From: an uncultured candidatus Porisulfidus sp.
Lineage (GTDB): Bacteria > Pseudomonadota > Gammaproteobacteria > Poriferisulfidales > Oxydemutatoraceae
Reading direction: 5' to 3'
DNA length: 64,000 nt
Assembly (NCBI GenBank): GCA_965215125.1
Contig: OZ244052.1
Span: 1,632,001-1,696,000, forward strand
Shown here piece after piece: positions 21,201 to 28,615 of this stretch (its first letter is position 1; the number at the start of each line of letters is the position of its first letter). A model generated the notes under the pieces. The model searched no databases and had not been told where the DNA came from. It was given only the letters and a program-made list of their open reading frames with translations. The position numbers were made by a program, and so were the translations under genes.

Positions 21201-21619
21201 ACGGCAGTAAAGTTTCCTAGCGGTAACCAACCTGGTTTCGTAGTATCGGTAAAATCATCGTCGCTAAGCACCCAGTCATTGTCGACTACACCCGATACAT
21301 AACTTTGTGCGTTTGAGAAGTCTAAATCTCTTACCAATTCATAGCCGTTGCAACCGTCCGTAGGACAGCCTGTGCTCAGTGTTGCAGTCTCACGCTGTAG
21401 ACTCGTGCCGTCAAGACTATGCCGTATCGCATCCACATCTTCCAAATAACACAGCTCTATCAAACCGTCGTCATCGTCGTCTATGTCTACGGGGGTGTCG
21501 GGATCGTTATCGATTTCGGCGGCACAATCATCGATACTTTCGTTTTGTGCGAAGACCGGTTGCACAATAAACAAACCTAAAAATATTAAAAAACTGTATT
21601 TACTAAAATCTATATTCAT
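12266..21619 (-). CDS. Giant secreted GLUG-repeat/Ig-like modular surface protein (paralog 2, 3117 aa)
   Basis: Same signal peptide and four-module architecture as paralog 1. The last ~1.45 kb is nearly identical to paralogs 1 and 3. Ends RVFLEGPLQ. Confidence 0.87.
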   Translation of the reverse strand: MNIDFSKYSFLIFLGLFIVQPVFAQNESIDDCAAEIDNDPDTPVDIDDDDDGLIELCYLEDVDAIRHSLDGTSLQRETATLSTGCPTDGCNGYELVRDLDFSNAQSYVSGVVDNDWVLSDDDFTDTTKPGWLPLGNFTAVLEGNGYSISNLQINRDGTNDIGMFAGNTGTIRNLGLREIEVEGNTRVGGLVGRNEGNLINAHVIESRVEGAANNAGLLVGRNESNGLIINSYARGTVLGSRWVGGICGINGGRIINSYANARVRGLREAGGLAGENNQGTISSSYAMGSVHITADDDENRRSVGGLLAVLVGENSSVTNSYSIVEVTADSDDNNIGGLIGDRVDDPPPITANYWDTDTSGQVNSPGGGTAQTTVELQTPTNADAATGIYANWSTTDWDFGSTRTYAALRYAEGNDSNNPACDVNPETPLPPCGALLSGQAIRNQGLSILFFVWGGEQQDNTRVFRNRPFSPLVFDYDINISHATTRIQLRPYSIHNTATISIVKSGENTDYFSEKNSGDLSNLIPLQAGINETLRVMAEGVTYNFNLIRGPQTPVEVVSFGTIPATATVSEGDDIMFRAMFDNGSGNYEYSLQQGDTVLDQGQGTNATASATVPDTFVDVGETMQSIVYTITVDDGFDIASAELVLTVNKVDNGEPQLELTVSPTLLSITSNADDPDGIGTFTYQWQSRDEGHNSWTDLSATNRYTVSGTPPSTIRYRVVVNHTDGQGYNKEYTLGPFPIDVDGDDDGLIDIRYLEDLDVLRYQADGSGYRINPGSDNITVDKIVLGCPADTCTGYELLRDLDFNADDSYVDATSNKSEWTVDDDTDTGWLPIATVAAPFAGTFNGNNNNIFNLQINRDTVDDAYIGLFAASSVEARIENIGILDVEIEGRGSVGSLVAQNEGVITNSYAQGEVKGSQHSVGGLVAFNHSSATSVIVNSYADVMVMSTGALLSAGLVGNNHGKIRNSYAAGNVSGACDVGGLVAENGSGSDIVNSYAAGSVNRSGDCTEDSIRNRAGGLVADNAGLIRNSYAYGLIDGGDGTVGGLVATGTTDMIESSYWDSTVNSGITTNIEAKTRTELQSPTNENAATGIYTNWRIADWDFGSSTQYPILRYTSPTDISIAPVCDDNLNTALPPCGGVLLAQAEKGLSNLLFFVNSNPETANKPFSPSIFSGYTINVVNKTMIELLPYSINPQGASISILKIGDSTDYFMGKRSGELSMPIPIAEGVSTLTIVVGNDPTDTNPVTYSVTVNNPISAIEITSIIGADTVDEGDPVNLTATITGGDINTYRYRWTSDPETLLAGETVTNANLSFNAPIRFVPRDDTDRDVVIKLIVGDGSVETSARKTLTIRKVDSGEPSFTVTVTVSMISIEAIVEGSDPDGDGTIDSYAWQRRGAGDTDWTTIPGETSATYIIPTQDTSDSLYRAQVVSIDGRKNRFTSVVGPYRNRTDIDDDDDGLIDIYYLEDLHAVRYQPDGSGYRASGGATKSTAGCMLVEGTETCSGYELRRDLDFTIAENYINAITNRAMWTVDNFDTDGDNGWQPIGSITNNDCSDPSSRCFAGIFEGNGHSISNLQINRDSTTNAESQDIGLFTGNTGTIRNLGLLLIKIEGYQRVGGLVGRDWGNLINVHVHEGNIVGENNAIGLLVGRNESSGLIINSYVRGTVSSGGRFVGGIGGVTLGRIINSYAISEVSGAGNAGGLVGDIQGSVVNSYAMGSANLTANAGNNRNVGGLASALWVGGRNPSITNSYSTVEVTATNPTGNNLGGLIARKFEDLPVDYSYWDTDTSGQVNSPGGGIAQTKAELQTPTNDNATMGIYTNWSNADWDFGSTQTYAALRHAEGDDSNNPACDLDPETPLPPCGALLSGQAIRNQGLSILFLVINGEQQDNARVFFDQFFSSVVLDYDINIPHGTARIQLRPYSIHNTATISIVKSGENTDYFSEKNSGDLSNPIPLQTGINEKLRIIADGVTYNFNLRVPRTLVEVVSFGTIPPTATVSEGDDIMLEAVFGNGSGDYEYSLQQGNTVLDQGQGTTATVTATVPDTFVEAGETTQNIVYTITVDDGFDIASAELMLTVAKADNGQPSFTETVTSSSISIAVVPGSDADGDGTIDSYTWQRRGAGDTEWTTIAGQTSAMFSIPTQDNGDTLYRVQVMSTDAQRNDFTSLLGPYRNRIDIDDDDDGLIDIYYLEDLDAVRHQTDGSGYGPTDITRGCPSEGCGGYELRRDLDFTSTPSYVNMATNRAMWTVDNFGIAGDTGWNPIGSVAGNNCSDPSSRCFAGVFEGNGHNISNLHINRDGTNEIGMFAGNSNTGTIRNLGLREIEVEGNNRVGGLVGRNEGNLINVYVDQGSVEGEANNAGLLAGVSVSNGLIINGYVHGTVLGSRWVGGICGVNRGTIINSYANTRARGLREVGGLAAENLGTIRNSYAMGSAHITSIDDENRRSVGGLLAVWAGTNAIIANSYSTVTVTADSSANNIGGLIGGIDPNNRPVPANLTASYWDTDTSEQMASPEGGIAQMTAALQMPTNDNAATGIYASWSTDDWNFGNTKQYPALLYNEVDGVDACDADVATPLPRCGSLLPGQREMPVGDNTTPTIILTPSVAQTLPLNSTARIVVLVTDNDFEGGDSVTLTAESSSRTIVSVTPKQIDNITTDTSITFTLTAEQSGEAVITFTATDSKNISTNTKIVVRTNTPPQVSSVPTSVVATVGEAFRLETGSFFSDADNDALTYSIVVDPDNLSYNFSTTGTLTFTPTNAEASTNTTGFTVTVSAADDTGGTAQAIFALLIDAQPTGSVMISRNSTNQWQLEGDPTGISDANGIARRTYRWYRNNSIIGGATGNSYTIPGNGRTAGTRYRLDVTIVDNIGQSATVQSDAITIDNIAPIIRGITITVDPPSPPLEEGDEVTITADATDENNDSLTYSWRVTSGHDGINVSSINARQVSFTLPDYLIKSSTLTQQTLALQLVVRDTAAEAVSTMVSVVVNKKDNGQANIGTLRRDNDNERVLTLTGLVLTGDPDGGGLSSTVAYQWQRCWGSDGTDCSDANNWVNISGAIGNSYTIPASLSGHTIAEGDLFRIGVTYTDMQGYERTVYSGSRDISRSTEIRIRTRVFLEGPLQ

Positions 21620-21776
21620 ACATTTTCACAAAGGGGAAAATGCAAACCGTAAGTAATCTTGCTACGTTGCATAGTTTGGACAAATTCATAGTTATATCTT
21701 TTGATTATATATAATCTGACTATTTATACAATAACTTATACGGCCCTGTAAGCCCCAAATAGTAATGTGAGCTGTC

Positions 21777-21899
21777 GATAGTAGAACCGCCGATTGAGCT
21801 AGTAGGTCAATCGGCGTAACGTTGTGCAGAACTTTAACATATTGGTGACGCATATATTACAAAATGTAAAAGCCATCGTTTGTTGCAACGGCAACAAAC
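21777..21899 (+). repeat. REP/MITE-like insert (family A hairpin plus a second hairpin)
   Basis: GTAGAACCGCCGATTGAGCTAGTAGGTCAATCGGCGTAACGTTGTGCAGAA... This segment is absent from the homologous spacer at 12251-12265. Confidence 0.7.
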
Positions 21900-21904
21900 G
21901 GCGG

Positions 21905-24900
21905 TTATTGAAGAGGACCCTCTAAAAATACTCTGGTGCGTATTCTAACCTCGGTGCTACGAGAAACACCGCGGCTATCGGAATACACAGTCCTCTCATA
22001 ACCCTGCATGTCGGTATATGTTACACCGATGCGAAATAAATCTCCTTCCGTTATCGTATGCCCTGATAGGCTGGCCGGGATCGTATAGGAGTTGCCAATC
22101 GCACCGGAAATGTTCACCCAATTATTTGCATCCGAACAATCGGTTCCGTCGCTACCCCAGCATCGTTGCCATTGATATGCCACAGTACTGCTTAACCCGC
22201 CTCCGTCCGGATCATCCGTTAAGGTCAAACCCGTCAGGGTTAATATCCGTTCGTTATCGTTATCTCTGCGAAGTGTCCCTATATTTGCTTGGCCGTTATC
22301 TTTCTTATTCACCACCACCGATACCATTGTAGATACGGCTTCGGCGGCGGTGTCGCGCACGACCAACTGCAATGCTAGGGTCTGTTGCGTAAGGGTGCTA
22401 CTCTTTATCAAATAGTCGGGTAGGGTAAAACTGACTTGCCGAGCATTTATGGATGATACGTTTATTCCGTCATGCCCACTGGTCACGCGCCAGCTATAAG
22501 TCAAGCTATCGTTATTTTCATCGGTCGCATCGGCAGTTATGGTGACTTCATCACCCTCTTCCAGCGGTGGTGGGGGTGGGTCAACGGTAATTGTAATGCC
22601 ACGAATGATCGGTGCGATGTTGTCGATCGTAATCGCATCGGATTGAACGGTCGCCGATTGTCCTATGTTGTCCACAATCGTCACATCTAATCTATAGCGT
22701 GTGCCTGCAGTTCGTCCGTTGCCGGGTATTGTATAGCTATTGCCGGTTGCGCCACCTATTATGCTATTGTTTCTATACCACCGATATGTTCTCCGTGCGA
22801 TGCCGTTGTCATCCGAAATCCCTGTTGGGTCTCCTTCCAGTTGCCATTGATTAGTGCTGTTTCGGCTTATCATCACGCTACCGGTCGGCTGCGCATCTAT
22901 CAAAAGTGCGAAGATTGCCTGTGCCGTGCCACCGGTGTCGTCGGCTGCCGATACGGTCACGGTAAAACCTGTGGTGTTGGTGCTTGCCTCTGCGTTTGTG
23001 GGTGTGAATGTCAATGTGCCGGTGGTACTGAAGTTATAACTTAAGCTATCCGGGTCTACTACGATACTGTATGTCAGTGCATCGTTGTCGGCATCGCTAA
23101 AGAAGCTGCCGGTCTCTAATCTAAATGCTTCTCCTACCGTTGCCACGACCGATGTCGGCACAGACGACACTTGCGGTGGTGTATTGGTTCGCACCACAAT
23201 TTTCGTATTAGTGCTGATATTCTTACTATCGGTTGCGGTAAATGTAATCACCGCCTCTCCGCTTTGCTCGGCGGTTAGCGTGAAGGTGATACTCGTATCG
23301 GTCGTTATATTGTCGATTTGTTTCGGTGTCACCGACACGATCGTTCGGCTCGATGATTCCGCCGTCAATGTGACACTATCACCCCCATCAAAACCATTAT
23401 CAGCTATCGAGACGACGATACGCGCCGTGCTATTGAGCGGTAGCGTCTGCGCTACTGAGGGTGTTAGTGTAATCGTCGGCGTGGTGTTTTCCCCGACCGG
23501 TGTCGCCCGCTGACCGGGCAACAAGCTACCGCAACGCGGCAACGGTGTTGCCGCATCGGCATCGCAGGCATCAATACCGTCAACTTCGTTATATAGCAGT
23601 GCCGGATATTGCTCGGTGGTGCCGAAATCCCAATCGGCACTATTCCATTGGTAATACACATCAATCGGTGCGGTTCCGGGTGCAGTCGGCGTTTGCAATT
23701 CAAGCATCGTTTGAGGTGTGCCACCTCCCGGAGAAGCCGTTCGCCCACTCGTATCGGTGTCCCAGTAGCTCTCGGTTATCAGTGGGTCGGATATGTTCGT
23801 ATTGCCGATTAGACCGCCGACATTATTTCGAGTTAAGTTGCCTGTCACTGCGACGGTCGAATAGCTGTTTGTAACCCTCGGATTAGGGCTTGAGTCACTG
23901 GCTCTCCATAATACAGCGAGCAGGCCCCCTACGCTGCGGCGATTGGCACTGTCGTTAGCGGTTATATGCGCAGAACCCATCGCATAACTATTGCGAATAG
24001 TCCCGTGTTGATTCTCAGCTGCCAAACCACTGACTTCCCTTTCGCCACTAGCCATGACCTCGGCATAGCTATTGATAATTCTGCCGAAGTTTAGACCACA
24101 GATGCCACCAACCCAACGAGAACCCACCACAGTGCCACGCACATAACTGTTGATAATTAACGCACTCGGCCGGCTTACACCGACTAAAAGACCGGCATTG
24201 TTCGCTGCGCCTTCAACACGGCTTTCAATCACATGGGCATTGATTAGATTACCCTCGTTGCGACCGACCAGCCCACCGACCCTAGTATTACCTTCTACTT
24301 CTATGTCTCGCAACCCGAGATTGCGAATGGTGCCGGTATTGCTATTGCCGGCAAACATGCCGATCTCGTTAGTGCCGTCTCTATTGATTTGCAGATTGGA
24401 AATGCGATAGCCGTTGCCTTCAAAAACACCGGCGAAGCAATCACTACCCGAAGTGCCACAATTACTGTTAGGAGTATTAGCAACAGAACCGATAGGCTCC
24501 CAACCGCTATCGCCGGCGGTGGCAAAATTATCCACTGTCCACGCCGCTCTATTCATTGCTACATTGACATAGCTCGGGGTGCTTGCAAAATCCAAGTCTC
24601 TACGCAGCTCATAACCCATACAGGTCTCGCTACCGCCGACCAACCGGCAACCTCGGGTGATATCGGTTGTCCCATAGCCACTACCGTCGGTTTGATGACG
24701 CACCGCATCCAAGTCTTCCAAGTAGTAGATATCTATCAAACCGTCGTCGTCATCGTCTATATCGGTTCTATTTCTATACGGACCTAATAGACTATTAAAA
24801 CCGTTCCCTTGCGCATCGGTAGACATCACCCGCACACGATACAGGGTGTCACTGTTGTCTTGTGGCGAGATTCTAAACGTCGCCGATGTCTGATCGTCTA

Positions 24901-27474
24901 TCGTCGTCCATTCGGTATCATCGGCACTGCGGCGTTGCCAAGTATAACTATCGATCGTGCCGTCGCCGTCGGCATCGCTTCCCGGCACGACGGCAATGCT
25001 TATTGACGACGAGGTCACCGTCTCGGTAAAGCTCGGTTGACCGTTGTCGGCTTTGGCAATGGTCACTGTCCGGGTCGCACTACTACTCGTAAAACCATCT
25101 CCGACGGTCAGTGTGATTTCCACATCCCGACCGGCATCGGCACGAGATACAAAATTGGTAGGCACTTCAAAACTTAAAGTTTCAGCGGTTCGGTTTTGCT
25201 CAGCTAGAAAAGCTGCCGGATCCGAAGTCCACTGATGCATATAACCTGCAATTGCCCCTCCCACAACCGTTGCACTTAGATTAATGGTATCCCCTTCGGA
25301 CACCCGGTCGGGCGAAATGAGTATCCCTTCTACTACGACCCGATTTACAGTGTTAGTGACGGTAATGCTATAAGTGACCGAACCGGTATCGTCGGGGTCG
25401 GTCCCGACGACGATTTCTAGAGTAGATACTCCCTCCGGAAGCGGGATCGGCAGGCTACGCTCACCACTACGCTTGCCCATAAAATAAGGAGTTGGATCTC
25501 CTACTCTGCCGATTGCAATAGACTCGCCTAGCGGATTGATGCCATACGGCAATAACTCAATCGTGTTTATATTCTCTACATTGACCGCATAGCTTAAGAC
25601 CGAAAGCGAAAAAGGCGGATCCGGTGCCACCGCAGCATCGCCGACAAAAAAGAGTAGGTTGCTCAATCCGCTCTGTGCCTGAGCCAGCAATACACTGCCA
25701 CACGGCGGTAGTGCGGTATCAAGGTCGTCATCGCATACCGCTGCGATAGCAATGTCGGTCGGCGAGGTGTATCTTAACAGCGGATATTGCATTGCGGTGC
25801 CGAAATCCCAATCGTCGCTACTCCAGCCGGCATAGATGTCCCTTGCCGACTGTGGTGCCCGCAATTCATCGGTCGTCATCGCCCTAGAATCGTTAGTAAT
25901 AGCATTATTCACCGTACTATCCCAATAGCTCAAATCAATCGTGCCGCTTGCCCCCACAGCAACCAAACCACCTGCCGTGCCACCACCTGCCGAGATAAGT
26001 CCGCGCACATAACTATTCCTTATCAAGCCTGCGTTATCGGCAACTAAACCGCCGGCACGGGTGCGGGTGCCGGCATCGCGACAGCTTCCCGACCTGCTTA
26101 CCATACCCGCAGCATAGCTGTTGACGATTTCACCTCCGCTGCCGTTCTCGGCAACCAAACCACCTACATCGCAAGCACCGCCGACATCACCTGCCGCATA
26201 GCTGTTTCTTATCGTGCCGGCGTTGTTGCCGACCAAACCACCCGATAATAACGCAGCGGCGGACATTACCCTCACATTCGCATAGCTGTTGATAATCACG
26301 CCGGTCGCATCATTAAATGCAACCAAACCACCGACGTGGTGTTGTGATCCTTCAACTTCCCCTTGTGCATAGCTATTGGCGATAGTGCCCTTATTTTGTG
26401 CAACCAAACTACCTACAGAACCTCTGCCTTCAATAGCAACATCCAATATGCCGACATTCTCCAGCCTCGCCTCCGACGACAGTGCCGCAAACAATCCGAT
26501 AAATGCATCATCAACCGTATCTCTATTGATCTGCAAATTAGAAATGTTGTTATTGTTGCCGTTGAATAGACTCGTGAACGGGGTAGCGGTAGTCGCTATA
26601 GGCAACCAACCGGTATCGGTAGTAACCGCCGGATCATCCACCATCCAGTTATCTCTGTTTGACATCACATCCACATAGCTTTGGGTGGTCGTGAAATCCA
26701 AATCTCTCCGCAACTCGTAGCCTTTACATCCGCTATCAGGGCAACCCAGAGTGATTTTGCTGTCTATGGCTGCCAAACCATAACCGCTACCGTCCGGTTG
26801 GTTGCGGATCGCATCCAAGTCCTCCAGATAATAAACATCTATCAAGCCGTCGTCGTCGCCATCTACATCTATAGGAAACGGACCTATCCGATAGGTATTG
26901 CGGTATCCCTGCCCGTCGGTATGATTTACGATGACACGATAGCGGATCGTACTTGCAGAATTGCTCGGTGGCATATAGGGATTACTGTCGGAAACATTTG
27001 TCCAATCACTATCATTTTCGTTACGGCTTTGCCATTGATATCTGAATGTTCCGACACCGTCCGGGTCGTCCGCAACGAAAGTGATGCGCAATTCGGTCGG
27101 GCTGACATTGAGTTCTAGTTGCTGCGCACCGTTGTCCTCTTTGCTAACGGTCAGCGTAAGTGCTGTAGATGTTGTGTCAAAGCCATCGTTAACCGTTATC
27201 GTATAGACGATACTTTGTGTCGTCCGATCGGTTGCCACAAAGTTGTCGGGTGCGGTGACATCGATAGTCGCAGCCGTGCCTTGCCCTTGCGCAAGCACCG
27301 TGCCTTGTTGTTGTAGCGAGTATCGGTAGTCTCCGCTACCGTTGCGAAATACCGCTTGAAACCTAATATCGTCGCCCTCGTTAACAGTGGCAATAGAAGG
27401 TGTCGTGCTGAGGGAGACAATCTCAACCGGAGATTGTGATCCTCTGATGAGATTAAAATTATATGTCAATCCAT
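21905..27474 (-). pseudogene. Giant GLUG/Ig-like protein paralog 3, C-terminal part (downstream of the IS insertion)
   Basis: Contains modules 3-4 and the conserved C-terminal block ending RVFLEGPLQ. The annotated ORF start (27511) lies inside the IS end. Confidence 0.85.
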
Positions 27475-28512
27475 TGTACGATGCCATGACATATTGGACA
27501 AATGGGGACAAAAGGAAGCAAGCTGTTGTGCCGGTGTTTTATAGGCTAGACTTTGGTGCGGTCTCCTGAAGTTATACCGCCCGAGATACTCAAATAATAC
27601 GTCGTTAAATTGTGCTAAATCGGTCACTAAAATATCCTCATGATGTGCTACAAACTCCTCCTGAATGGTACGGTTAAATCTCTCGTCTATGGCATTCATT
27701 TTCGGGCAACGAGGATAAGTATAACAGTGTTTAATGTTGTGTCGTTGTAGATAAGCCTCGAAGTCGCCGGCAAACTCGCTCCCGTTGTCGGTCAGTACTT
27801 GAGAGAGGTTGCCGGGGAATACCGTGTCCACCAATCTTGCGAATGTCGCAGCATTTTTACTGTGGGCGCGTCGGCAGGTAATGGCAACGGCAAAACGGCT
27901 GTAGTGGTCAATCGCAGTGAACAGATAATAGCGTGTTCGATTAACGAAATAATGGATAGTATCCATAGCCACGCAGTGTCCGGGAAATTGCGCTTTGGCA
28001 TCTTTGCTGAGACGGTTGCGTGGTTGAGAAGTCTTGCATTTGTGTTTTCTTTTAGAGAGTTTAGGGGGCGAACAGCGCATGTTGTCGGATGCATCGGCAA
28101 TCAACCGTGCAATGGTGCGCGGCTTCGGACACTGCAGTTCGCGTGCATCACACCACGGCTTTAAGAAGTAATAAATCTTCGGCGCACCCATATTCGGATA
28201 GCTGTGTCGCAGTCGCCTAATCTCATCGCTGATGTGAGTAGACCAATTACGGCGACGATGCTGCCGAGGTGCTTTACTTGCGTCTCGCAAAGCGGATACA
28301 CCGCCCTCGTCAAAGCACTTTTTCCAGCGGTATAGGGTGGAACGGCTCACCCCGACAAAGTCTTGGGTTGCGTTTAAGCCGTGTTTGTTCCAAAATTCTA
28401 ATGCATTAAGTTTTTGTTTGGCATCTGTTGCCATCATAGCCTCCGTTTTGTTGGAAAAAGAGGCTATTTTATAAAAACCTGTAATGCGGTAGCCGATGTG
28501 CTGGTTTTGCAT
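27466..28512 (-). CDS. IS481-family DDE transposase (integrase core)
   Basis: HTH (VGVSRSTLYRW) and rve core motifs AMDT, AIDHYSRF, VLTDNGSEF, ERFNRTIQEEF and YNFRRPHQSL. The stop codon falls just outside the element. Confidence 0.9.
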   Translation of the reverse strand: MQNQHIGYRITGFYKIASFSNKTEAMMATDAKQKLNALEFWNKHGLNATQDFVGVSRSTLYRWKKCFDEGGVSALRDASKAPRQHRRRNWSTHISDEIRRLRHSYPNMGAPKIYYFLKPWCDARELQCPKPRTIARLIADASDNMRCSPPKLSKRKHKCKTSQPRNRLSKDAKAQFPGHCVAMDTIHYFVNRTRYYLFTAIDHYSRFAVAITCRRAHSKNAATFARLVDTVFPGNLSQVLTDNGSEFAGDFEAYLQRHNIKHCYTYPRCPKMNAIDERFNRTIQEEFVAHHEDILVTDLAQFNDVLFEYLGRYNFRRPHQSLAYKTPAQQLASFCPHLSNMSWHRTMD

Positions 28513-28615
28513 GTCGGCTACTTTGATTTAAGAGGTATTTTTCCACTAGGAAAAGTACTTTTCCTAGTGGAAAGATTAGGTTCTAAAGAGTCCAATATGT
28601 ATCTGGCATTGTACA
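27475..28615 (-). mobile_element. IS481-family insertion sequence, 1141 bp
   Basis: TGT...ACA termini. Imperfect ~25-bp IRs (TGTACGATGCCATGACATATTGGAC / TGTACAATGCCAGATACATATTGGAC). 5-bp target duplication TCCAT at 27470-27474 and 28616-28620. Confidence 0.88.
28540..28573. promoter_or_regulatory. Perfect 34-bp palindrome in the IS, upstream of the transposase
   Basis: TTTCCACTAGGAAAAGTACTTTTCCTAGTGGAAA is its own reverse complement. Its function is inferred, not shown. Confidence 0.5.

Noticed and set aside
1399-23400. Diversity-generating retroelement (TR/VR) explanation for the near-identical C-terminal blocks
   Set aside because: No reverse transcriptase in the window, all copies are coding, and the differences inspected are not adenine-specific.
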